Source: an uncultured Muribaculaceae bacterium (GTDB lineage: Bacteria > Bacillota_I > Bacilli_A > RF39 > UBA660). From it: 64,000 nucleotides of DNA. Where the stretch lies: the NCBI GenBank assembly GCA_964549115.1, contig CAZJTX010000001.1:56494-120493 (forward strand), written 5' to 3'. The notes beneath the pieces were generated by a model. That model searched no databases. It saw only the letters and a program-made list of their open reading frames with translations, and was not told the origin of the DNA. The translations under genes were made by a program, and so were the position numbers. Numbering within the stretch: position 1 is the stretch's first letter; each line of letters opens with the position of its first letter. Positions 37,939-46,499 of this stretch are shown piece after piece.

Positions 37939-39576
37939 TTATTCTGTTTTTTGAGTCTTTAATATTTTATTAGTTTCAGTTACAAACCAAATTTGTTCAA
38001 CATCGATTTTACTTTCTTCTATTATTTTTATTCTAAGCAGTAAATCCAGTTTCTCTAAAAGTAAATCAATGTCGCCTTCTTCAAAGTCCTCTTCTGTAAC
38101 ATTTATGTTTTCTAATCTATATTTATTAACTATAGTACTTTTCAAGTTATTATCTTCAAATACTAAAGCTCCTTTTGTAACAATGTTTGTTGTTTCTTTA
38201 GCGTAAGCATCAAAGTTATCGCTAATTTTCATTAAATCAGAATATGTTTCTAGGTCCATTAATTTTTTAATTACATCTTTTTTATAATAAGAATGGCTAT
38301 GATAAAAGTTCATTAATTCCGAAATAGTTAGAGCCTTGTTTAACATTGATAATACATTTATTGTGAAAAACTCATTATCTTCCTTTATATATAGATCATA
38401 TGTTAAATTAGCTAACTTATTAGACTCAATTTTTAATTGTTTTACTTCATAATTAGTCTTATTATCATTTAAGATTGTATCTTTTTTAAATATAGTATTG
38501 TTAATCTTTGCTAATTTACGTTCGTTCTTTTTAATGTCTTTGTTAATCTCTTTAATCTTTTTTAAATGTAAATTAACTCTTTTTTTGTCTCCAATTTGTT
38601 CTAGTTCTTTTATATATTCTTGTTTAAAATTATTTACAATAGGTAAAAAAGTCATATAATTCTTTAACTCAACTACATTTGTTCTTAGTTTTTCTACTGA
38701 AGAATAAAACTTTTCCAATTTTTGTTTATCATCCATATCCAATGCTTCGATGGATAGTGTTGTATATGCTGAAGTTCGGTTTTTACTTTCTTCAAAGAAA
38801 CTATTAACATCAGCTTCTCCGCTTTTAGCTAAATCAATTATGTCCCAAATAGTTTCGTTTTGAGTTAATAACAGTTCTCTTGAAGCTTCTTTTAGTTTAT
38901 CAATACATTCTTGATAAGTTTTAATCTTTTCAGCTTGCATAGACTTTGTTTGTTTATCTTTGATATAAGCATCAAACTTTTTGGCATTATCTTTTACTAA
39001 TTTTCTAAAAGTTAATTCTATGTGTTTTACTATTTCTGGGTTTAACCAGTATATTTGTTCAAACACTTTATTTAATTTAGTGAAATTCTTTTCTTCTTGG
39101 GATCTTTCTTTTAAGAACGCTTTCATGTAATCATGTACATATGAGGTTAACTTAAAGTCCGATGACACTAATTTAATATCAACTTTTTCAAATATTACTA
39201 ATAAGTCTTCTAATATTCGATTAAGTGATTTAAATTCAAAATCAGTATAATTGCTTAACTCATAGAATAAATTATCAAAATTTAATTTTTCGTAATATGT
39301 ATTACTTGGGTTAAGTAACATTTTTAATTCTTCAAGTTTTTTAACCTTTTCAATTAATTCTTCATTTTTACGAGATTCTTTTTTAGATAGTATTTTTTTA
39401 GTTTTAGCTTCTAAATATCTTTTTACTTGATCTTCATATTCTTCGTATTTAGCATGTATTTCATCTATCTTTTTATTTTTATTCTTTTTATTAGTTTTCG
39501 TTCTAACAGGAAGAGATGTTATTAAGGTGGTTTTAGCAGCTATATCTTCTTCTATAAACTCTAAAAAATTACTCAT
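37939..39576 (-). CDS. cytoplasmic coiled-coil protein
   Basis: 545 aa. No TM helix or signal peptide. K/E-rich heptad-like segments. Embedded between surface-protein paralogs. Confidence 0.4.
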   Translation of the reverse strand: MSNFLEFIEEDIAAKTTLITSLPVRTKTNKKNKNKKIDEIHAKYEEYEDQVKRYLEAKTKKILSKKESRKNEELIEKVKKLEELKMLLNPSNTYYEKLNFDNLFYELSNYTDFEFKSLNRILEDLLVIFEKVDIKLVSSDFKLTSYVHDYMKAFLKERSQEEKNFTKLNKVFEQIYWLNPEIVKHIELTFRKLVKDNAKKFDAYIKDKQTKSMQAEKIKTYQECIDKLKEASRELLLTQNETIWDIIDLAKSGEADVNSFFEESKNRTSAYTTLSIEALDMDDKQKLEKFYSSVEKLRTNVVELKNYMTFLPIVNNFKQEYIKELEQIGDKKRVNLHLKKIKEINKDIKKNERKLAKINNTIFKKDTILNDNKTNYEVKQLKIESNKLANLTYDLYIKEDNEFFTINVLSMLNKALTISELMNFYHSHSYYKKDVIKKLMDLETYSDLMKISDNFDAYAKETTNIVTKGALVFEDNNLKSTIVNKYRLENINVTEEDFEEGDIDLLLEKLDLLLRIKIIEESKIDVEQIWFVTETNKILKTQKTE

Positions 39577-39707
39577 GATTCTTCCTCTTCTATTTTAGAA
39601 TCTTCTAATGTTTTAATAAATTCAACAATGTCATTATATAGTTTAATTAAGTCAGTTAAACTTAATACTGACATGTCATAATCAACTTTTTTTACTTCCT
39701 TTTTCAT
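39573..39707 (-). CDS. small ORF (44 aa) translationally coupled to the coiled-coil gene
   Basis: MKKEVKKVDYDMSVLSLTDLIKLYNDIVEFIKTLEDSKIEEEES. RBS GGTGGA lies 5 nt upstream. Its TGA stop overlaps the ATG of the downstream gene (ATGA). It is below the ORF-track length cutoff. Confidence 0.4.
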   Translation of the reverse strand: MKKEVKKVDYDMSVLSLTDLIKLYNDIVEFIKTLEDSKIEEEES

Positions 39708-39801
39708 CTATCCACCTTTTATCCTTAAATTAATTAAGGGCAACCAACTAGATTACCCTTAATAATTTTATATTTCTAACATAATCAATAGTTAGTATTT
39801 A

Positions 39802-41319
39802 TTAACTTACAATAACTGTTCTATAAACTCTAACAGCTCTGTTTCCTGCCCAGTCACTTACATCATAAGCTACGTAATATGTTCCTGCTTTAGATGTATC
39901 TACCGGATTTATAACTTGGATTCTATATGTTATGTCACCGTCAACATCATCTTCTGCTGTTGCGCCCGCATCAATATAGTCATCATTTAAATCAACGTTT
40001 ACTGTTTCTTCGCCTTCTAGTGTTATAACTGGTTTTGTTGTGTCTTCAACTTCTGGACGAGGTCCCTCATAACCGAAGTCGTCTCCAGTCATTCTTTGTT
40101 TTGTAAATCCAAATTGAACTGATATTCTTTTACCGATAAATGATAAATCATAGTTATCAATATCTTGACCTTCTAAGAAAACATATACTCTTACTTTAGT
40201 AATACTATTTGGAGCAAGTGTCATGAAAGCTGGTCTATTAACACTTTGTAAATCTCTATGTGTGTCTGTGAAATATGGATATGCTTTTAATTTATTATTT
40301 GTTATTGCTTCCATGTGTCCGTTATAAGCTTCACCATCATAAACGTTTACATGATCTGATACTGTTATAACATCTTGTACAGCATATGTTGGATAAGCTG
40401 CATCTTCTTCAATTAATCCACATGCGTTTTCCGAATATGAATCTTCATCATATACATCTATATCTGGAGTTTCGTCTACTCTTTCTCTACAGTTTGTTTC
40501 ATAATAATTGATTGCGCTTACAACGTGCTTTGTATCATTTGGTTCCCAAATTTGTGCATCTCTACAAATTCCGGTTATTCCATTATCAACATCAGGTTGT
40601 CCACCGTCTCCCACATTACATGTGATTCCGGTAATTTTATCTTGATCAGTTTCGGTTCCGATAACTCTTCCGATTTGAGCAAATGCTACTCTAATTGCGT
40701 TTTCAATGCCTGTATCTTCTTCTCCAGCTTCTGCTACTTCAACTTTTGAACCTGCACCTGCTTCAACGCCTTCATCTCTGTCTGTAATTAGATAAATTGC
40801 TTCTTCGTCTAAAAGATCTCTATCTTCAATATAAGCTGTTGATCCAGTATTTTTCACAAATAAATCAAACGCCACATAACCGGCTTGTTCCGTTTGGCTT
40901 TGTTCGTGGTTATTTACTCGACTACTAATTAATCTAAATCCACCTGGTCCTGTTGCTGGTACTGGTGTATGACTTGCTTTTTCAAACAATTTTAGTCTTG
41001 AAGCTTCTAAGTCAATTTCACCTACTGACGACATTGGAATTAAACCATGTGTTCCGCCCCAACTATTAGTGTTACCTTCATATGAATCTATATTAAAATT
41101 ATCTTCATTTATAGTAACTGTTGTGTCCCATTTCCTTCCATCTAATGATAGCATCAGGCCATCTACAACTGCTACTTCAATATCGAATGAAGTTACAGTA
41201 ACTGTTTGCATTCCTATAAACCATGCAAATGTTGCCACTAATAAGACAATTGCACTTAGTGCACTTATACCTACTAGATTTCTTACACGATTATCGTGTC
41301 TTTGATTTTTCTTGTTCAT
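39802..41319 (-). CDS. paralog B of the FAWFIGMQ/WLEGQD family with DUF5011 domain
   Basis: 505 aa. The N-terminal 80 aa are about 80% identical to paralog A. Same motif set. C-terminus PVITLEG…GTYYVAYDVSDWAGN. Confidence 0.6.
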   Translation of the reverse strand: MNKKNQRHDNRVRNLVGISALSAIVLLVATFAWFIGMQTVTVTSFDIEVAVVDGLMLSLDGRKWDTTVTINEDNFNIDSYEGNTNSWGGTHGLIPMSSVGEIDLEASRLKLFEKASHTPVPATGPGGFRLISSRVNNHEQSQTEQAGYVAFDLFVKNTGSTAYIEDRDLLDEEAIYLITDRDEGVEAGAGSKVEVAEAGEEDTGIENAIRVAFAQIGRVIGTETDQDKITGITCNVGDGGQPDVDNGITGICRDAQIWEPNDTKHVVSAINYYETNCRERVDETPDIDVYDEDSYSENACGLIEEDAAYPTYAVQDVITVSDHVNVYDGEAYNGHMEAITNNKLKAYPYFTDTHRDLQSVNRPAFMTLAPNSITKVRVYVFLEGQDIDNYDLSFIGKRISVQFGFTKQRMTGDDFGYEGPRPEVEDTTKPVITLEGEETVNVDLNDDYIDAGATAEDDVDGDITYRIQVINPVDTSKAGTYYVAYDVSDWAGNRAVRVYRTVIVS

Positions 41320-41374
41320 CTTTCTCCCTCTCTTTTGTGAACTTTTGTAAAGTCCTCTTTTCTACTCTAATTAA

Positions 41375-41402
41375 AGTTTATCACATTACCATTTTTTGTC
41401 AA
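41375..41402 (-). promoter_or_regulatory. sigma-A-type promoter of paralog B
   Basis: On the minus strand: TTGACA, a 16 nt spacer, then TAAACT. It is embedded in the same TTTGTCAATAaTAaTTGAC element found upstream of paralog A. Confidence 0.35.
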
Positions 41403-41430
41403 TAATAATTGACACAAATTAAAGTCTTTT

Positions 41431-42450
41431 TTAAAAATCTATATACCCCGCTAAGTCTTTTAATAAATCTATAGCAAGGAATATTGGTGCCCCCTCTGAG
41501 TTTGTTTCCAAACTATCTATATCTTGACCTTCTAACCAAACATAAATTCTCATTTTAGTAATTCCATTTGGTATTTGAAATATTGGATCAATGAATTGAG
41601 ATTCCATTATTGTTTCTTGAAATTGGAAATGTTCAGTATCTAAAGGTATTCCCGATCCTTCATGACCATTGGCATACTCTAGTCTTCTACCTTCTTTTAT
41701 AATAGCGTATGTGGGTGATATTTCTCCATCTACTAATGTAACACCATAATCTGTATAAGCTCTTTCTATTGAAAGCGGTGAATGTTTTATTTTATTTGGT
41801 TCATATATAACTGCCGCACAATCATTATTACATTTCAAGTTTTGAATATTTCTTATTTCATCATTTGATGAAGTGCTTCCTATTTTTAAAAATCCGAACC
41901 TTATAGAGTTAATAATACCATCCATCTCTATTCTTGATTCTTCATCCACGTCATCACCAAAATCTATATATGTTCCCTCATCTATATATAAGTTGTCGCT
42001 TTTAGGTGAACCACTCACATTTTTTAAAAATATATCAAATGCTAAATATGATTTATATAAATTAGATGAGTCCTCTGGCATATGAGCAGTATTTAAGAAA
42101 CGGTAAAGTTTCCTATCTTTATCTCTTGCTTTAACTAATGTTCCTTCATATATTTCAAACTTATCTTGGTTGGGATGCTTTATCCCTATTGTAGATATTG
42201 GCCACAGTCCTTTAGCAGCCCATTGATTAGTGTTCGTTGGGTATCTTGTTTTTAAATTATCTATAATTGATTTTGAAGTAATTTCGACCGAATCTGAAAA
42301 ATCGATTCCGTCTAAAGAAATAAATAAACCACTATTACTAGATACGTTCATTTCAAAGAATTTAATTTTAACATTCAAAGAAACAGAAAACCATGCATAA
42401 GTAACAAAGATTAGAAGCACTGTTGTTAAAAACAGTAGTGCTAAAACCAT
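41431..42450 (-). CDS. paralog C (short, no DUF5011) of the same family
   Basis: 339 aa. Contains FVTYAWFSVS, GLWPISTIGI, SYLAFDIFLKN, INSIRFGFLKIG and KMRIYVWLEGQDIDSLE. The ATG at 42450 has no SD. A non-canonical ATA start at 42504, 5 nt after AGGAG, would add a basic N-terminus as in the other paralogs. Confidence 0.5.
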   Translation of the reverse strand: MVLALLFLTTVLLIFVTYAWFSVSLNVKIKFFEMNVSSNSGLFISLDGIDFSDSVEITSKSIIDNLKTRYPTNTNQWAAKGLWPISTIGIKHPNQDKFEIYEGTLVKARDKDRKLYRFLNTAHMPEDSSNLYKSYLAFDIFLKNVSGSPKSDNLYIDEGTYIDFGDDVDEESRIEMDGIINSIRFGFLKIGSTSSNDEIRNIQNLKCNNDCAAVIYEPNKIKHSPLSIERAYTDYGVTLVDGEISPTYAIIKEGRRLEYANGHEGSGIPLDTEHFQFQETIMESQFIDPIFQIPNGITKMRIYVWLEGQDIDSLETNSEGAPIFLAIDLLKDLAGYIDF

Positions 42451-42512
42451 TGGCTTTTCTTTAAATTTATTTTTAAGATCTTTTAATTTTACTTCTTTTT
42501 TTATGATAACTC

Positions 42513-43955
42513 CTAATCTTCTACTATGACTGTTCTAATAACTTCTTCTGCCCAGTTACCTGCCCAGTCTCTTACGTTGTATCTAACTACATATGTACCC
42601 TCTACATTTGTATTTACATGGTTTTGAACAACAATATGTTCAGTTATATCTCCTTCTAAATTATCATCTGCCGTTGCACCTTCATCTGTATATGTCGAAC
42701 CAGTTGCTATACGTACAATCGGGTCTCCTATTAATGTAATTACAGGAGGAGTAACGTCTCTTGCTGGTGCTATATCTGGACCATCATAATCGAAGTCTTC
42801 CTCGGTTAAACGATCTTTGGTAAATCCAAAATGAACTGATATCCTTTTACCTATTGCAGCATAATCATAATTGTCAATATCTTGACCCTCTATATAAATA
42901 TATACCCTTACTTTAGTAATACTATTTGGTGCAAGTGTCATAAATGTTGGTCTTCTAACACCAGGCATATCTCTGTTTGTATCTGTAAAATATGGATATT
43001 TCATAACTTTAGGACTTGGAGCATAACTGTTATATTCTTGACCATCGTATATATCAACATTATCTGATGACATTAATTCTTGTCTTATAGCATATGTCGG
43101 ATAATATGTTTCATCTTCTAATTGGTGACACTTATCTGATGAATATGCTGTTGGCATATGTATTTGGGTTCCTACCCTTCTTCTACATGTTGCATCATAA
43201 AATTTAATTGCGTTTTCAACATGATATATATCATTTGGTTCCCAAATTTGACCTATTCTACAAATTCCTGTAATGCCGTCCTTAATTGAAGGAACTCCAA
43301 CATCATTCGCGTTACATGTTATTGATGTAATTAACTCTTGATCTGTTACAGCTGCTGATACTCTTCCGATTTGAGCAAAAGCTACTCTTACTGAATTTTC
43401 TATACCAGTATTTGCTATACCAGTCTCGGCAACATTAACTTCTGATTCAATAGATAAGTATATTGCTTCTTCATTTAATACATCGTCTATTTCAAAATAT
43501 TTTGGTCCCGAGAAATTTTTAATAAATAAGTCAAACGCTACATAACCGTCCGCTTCGGCTTCACCAGTATTGTGAACTCTACTTGCCATAATTCTATGTC
43601 CACCCGAAGTAGCTGTAAAACTAGATTTTTCAAAAAATACTAGCCTTGATGAATTAACATCAACTTCACCAATAGTAGACATTGGTATAAGTCCTCTTCC
43701 ACCCCACCTATTCGTATGTCCTGGATAAGACACTTCATCTACTGTTTCTTTAGTTATGCTCACAGTTGTGTTCCATTTTTTACCATCAAGTGACAATAAC
43801 AAACTATCCGTTGCAGCTATTTCAATATCAAATGATGTCACACTAACTATTTGCATTCCTATAAACCAAGCAAATGTTGTTACAAGCAATAATATAGCTG
43901 TTATTGTTGTAACTGTTATTAATTTCTTTAATCTTTTCGTATCTTTTTTAGTCAT
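42513..43955 (-). CDS. paralog D with DUF5011 domain
   Basis: 480 aa. Contains TTFAWFIGMQ, GYVAFDLFIKN, KVRVYIYIEGQDIDNYD and PVITLIG…GTYVVRYNVRDWAGN. Confidence 0.6.
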   Translation of the reverse strand: MTKKDTKRLKKLITVTTITAILLLVTTFAWFIGMQIVSVTSFDIEIAATDSLLLSLDGKKWNTTVSITKETVDEVSYPGHTNRWGGRGLIPMSTIGEVDVNSSRLVFFEKSSFTATSGGHRIMASRVHNTGEAEADGYVAFDLFIKNFSGPKYFEIDDVLNEEAIYLSIESEVNVAETGIANTGIENSVRVAFAQIGRVSAAVTDQELITSITCNANDVGVPSIKDGITGICRIGQIWEPNDIYHVENAIKFYDATCRRRVGTQIHMPTAYSSDKCHQLEDETYYPTYAIRQELMSSDNVDIYDGQEYNSYAPSPKVMKYPYFTDTNRDMPGVRRPTFMTLAPNSITKVRVYIYIEGQDIDNYDYAAIGKRISVHFGFTKDRLTEEDFDYDGPDIAPARDVTPPVITLIGDPIVRIATGSTYTDEGATADDNLEGDITEHIVVQNHVNTNVEGTYVVRYNVRDWAGNWAEEVIRTVIVED

Positions 43956-43965
43956 TTGCTATCTC

Positions 43966-45405
43966 CTATTCAACTATTACAGTTCTAGTAACTTCATCTG
44001 CCCAGTTACCTGCCCAGTCTCTTACGTTATATCTAACTATATATGTTCCTGTTTCCGCAGTGTTGACAGGATTATTTACAACTATATAAGGAGTTATATC
44101 TCCGTCTATATTATCACTTGCTGTTGCACCTAAGTCGTCATATGTTGATCCTTGATTAATAGTTATTTCATCTAAACCATTTAATAATATAATTGGTTTA
44201 ATTGTATCTCTTAGAGGTTCTAAATTCGGTCCTTCGTATCCAATATCGTCTTCAGTAAATCTTTGTTTTGTAAATCCGAATTTAACTGATAATTTTCTTC
44301 CTATTGAAGCATAATCATAATTATCTACATCTTGACCTTCTAAATATACATATACTCTTACTTTAGTAATACTATTTGGAGCCAAATACATAATAGGTAG
44401 TCTTTCAACACCTTCTAATTCTTTATCTGTATCTGTAAAATAAGGAACGCTAAATAACTTAGTACTACCCTCATATGTATTATATGCTGGTCCATCGTAT
44501 ATATTTACATAATCACTTGATGCAATAGGTTCACTAACTACATATGTTGGGTACGCTACTCCATCAACTATAGGATTACAAGTTCCACCATAAGATTCTG
44601 GTAATCTTGAATTTCCTCCAGTTCTTTTTAAACAATGAGTATCATACCAATCTATAGCTCCCGCCACGTGCTTAGTATCATTTGGTTCCCAAATTGATGC
44701 AGCTCTACATATTCCTGTTACTCCATCAACTATACTAGGTTTACCTTCTCCATCTGGATTACATGATATAGAAGCAATTTTTTCTTGATCTAATTCTGTA
44801 CCTATAACTCTTCCGATTTGAGCAAAAGCTACACGTACCGAATTTTCTAGTCCTGTATCTTCAACTCCACCATCTATAGCAACTTCTACAGATGAATCAA
44901 CAGATAAATAAATTCCTTCTTCATCTAATAAATTATATTCTGGAGTATAAGCACTTCCTGTCATATTTCTAACAAACAAGTCAAATACTACATAACCATC
45001 TGCTTCTTTGTCTCCTGTATTTTCTACTCTACTTGCCATTAAACTATGGCCACCAGGTATAGCAGTTATTCCTGCCTTTTCAAAAAGCATTAATCTAGAT
45101 GTATTCACATCAATTTGTCCAATTGTTGACATCGGTTCTAATCCGCCGCCTGACCACCAATTAGTATGATTTGGATATGATACATTTTCTAAATTTTCTC
45201 GGTTAATACTTACCGTAGTATCCCAGCTCACTCCATCTAGTGATAATAATAAGTTTTCAGCTGCTGCAATATCAATATCAAATGATGATACCATTACTGA
45301 TTGCATTCCAATAAACCAACCAAATGCAGTAAAGATTAATACTACCGCACTTAAAGCCATTAGAATCAACTGACGTCTTATTTTAATTGTACTTTCTTTC
45401 TTCAT
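43966..45405 (-). CDS. paralog E with DUF5011 domain
   Basis: 479 aa. Contains TAFGWFIGMQ, GYVVFDLFVRN, KVRVYVYLEGQDVDNYD and PIILLNG…GTYIVRYNVRDWAGN. Confidence 0.6.
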   Translation of the reverse strand: MKKESTIKIRRQLILMALSAVVLIFTAFGWFIGMQSVMVSSFDIDIAAAENLLLSLDGVSWDTTVSINRENLENVSYPNHTNWWSGGGLEPMSTIGQIDVNTSRLMLFEKAGITAIPGGHSLMASRVENTGDKEADGYVVFDLFVRNMTGSAYTPEYNLLDEEGIYLSVDSSVEVAIDGGVEDTGLENSVRVAFAQIGRVIGTELDQEKIASISCNPDGEGKPSIVDGVTGICRAASIWEPNDTKHVAGAIDWYDTHCLKRTGGNSRLPESYGGTCNPIVDGVAYPTYVVSEPIASSDYVNIYDGPAYNTYEGSTKLFSVPYFTDTDKELEGVERLPIMYLAPNSITKVRVYVYLEGQDVDNYDYASIGRKLSVKFGFTKQRFTEDDIGYEGPNLEPLRDTIKPIILLNGLDEITINQGSTYDDLGATASDNIDGDITPYIVVNNPVNTAETGTYIVRYNVRDWAGNWADEVTRTVIVE

Positions 45406-45414
45406 TTGTCCTCC

Positions 45415-46110
45415 TTATTTTTCAATTAACTCTGAGTTAAATTGCATACTTATTTTAATATGTCCCCCAATTAAATTATCTGTGCAATCTGGGTCTCTAC
45501 CTTCTAACCAGATTACAACTGTATATTTATCTATATCTCCTGGTGAAAAATGTTTTACTTGCTCCATCATTACCCAATCATCTTTTTTAAAAGGTTCAGT
45601 TTCAGGCTCTGGCCTTCCGTTTCTTCCCATTTTTGCAAATGTTGTTTCTTCACCATTTCTAAATATTTTTATTCTTATTGCTTCGTCCACATTTTTTATA
45701 ACATTTTCTATATTAACCTCATACCAATAGTCTGAAACGTTTTCTCCGGTATTTTCAACAAAAAATGTATAAGAAACATAATTGTCTCCATTATTAGATC
45801 CACCTTCGTGTTCTTCTAAACCAGGTGGCAACCATTTACCAGACATATTATCAAATGATTCTAATGATTCAGCAAATAATTCAGAGCGGTATACTTTATA
45901 AGTCGGATCATCGTATATGATGATTCCCTTTTCATAATATAGATTTCTATCTAACATAATCGTAAAACCCCAGCTGGTGTATAAAACACTAATAACTAGA
46001 TACAAAATAAAAAGCAAAAACAAAACGCCAACGACTACCCACTTAAGTCGTTTTCGTCTTTTTCGCTTCTTGTTTACAGCAATGGCTTTTTCACGAATGT
46101 CTTTATCCAT
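45415..46110 (-). CDS. paralog F (most divergent and shortest) of the same family
   Basis: 231 aa. Basic N-terminus, a TM helix ending TSWGFTIML, and a C-terminal VVIWLEGRDPDCTDN…KISMQFNSE matching the family end-block. Confidence 0.45.
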   Translation of the reverse strand: MDKDIREKAIAVNKKRKRRKRLKWVVVGVLFLLFILYLVISVLYTSWGFTIMLDRNLYYEKGIIIYDDPTYKVYRSELFAESLESFDNMSGKWLPPGLEEHEGGSNNGDNYVSYTFFVENTGENVSDYWYEVNIENVIKNVDEAIRIKIFRNGEETTFAKMGRNGRPEPETEPFKKDDWVMMEQVKHFSPGDIDKYTVVIWLEGRDPDCTDNLIGGHIKISMQFNSELIEK

Positions 46111-46198
46111 ATCTTTCCCTTTACTATACTCTACTCTTATAATAATTTTATCACAGGATTGCGTATTGTCAATTATTTCAATAAAAAAGACTAGTTTT

Positions 46199-46498
46199 TT
46201 ATTTATAAAATATTTTTTCTAATCTATTTTTAATTTTTTCAGCGTCTTTTAACTTTAATATTTCATCTATTTGTTCTTTTTTATAAAGGTTTTTTAACAC
46301 CCCTTCATAGTACTCTAATTTATCTGATACTTGATTTATAGTTTTACTAATGAAACTTCTAGAAACTTTGTTAATGTCCGCTATTTCTTGAAGAGATAAA
46401 TTCTCTTCATAATATAATCTATATATCTCTTTTTGATTATCAGTAAATAAATCTTTATAAATATCAAATAATTTATTAAAGTATATTAACTTATCCAT
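46199..46498 (-). CDS. ylxM: YlxM/UPF0122 putative DNA-binding protein (normally co-transcribed with ffh)
   Basis: 99 aa. Sigma-70 region-4-like HTH (LSLQEIADINKVSRSFIS). Immediately downstream of ftsY. Confidence 0.75.
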   Translation of the reverse strand: MDKLIYFNKLFDIYKDLFTDNQKEIYRLYYEENLSLQEIADINKVSRSFISKTINQVSDKLEYYEGVLKNLYKKEQIDEILKLKDAEKIKNRLEKIFYK

Positions 46499-46499
46499 C

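Noticed and set aside
22400-46150. Prophage or integrative element explanation for the island
   Set aside because: There is no integrase or recombinase, no terminase, capsid, portal or tail genes, and no obvious direct repeats at the borders. The content is coherent with a secretion/processing locus instead.
46150-46198. Terminator downstream of ylxM (AAAAAGACTAGTTTTTT)
   Set aside because: The central ACTAGT is too short to form a stable stem with a loop. It may be only an A/T-rich spacer, so it was not listed as a feature.
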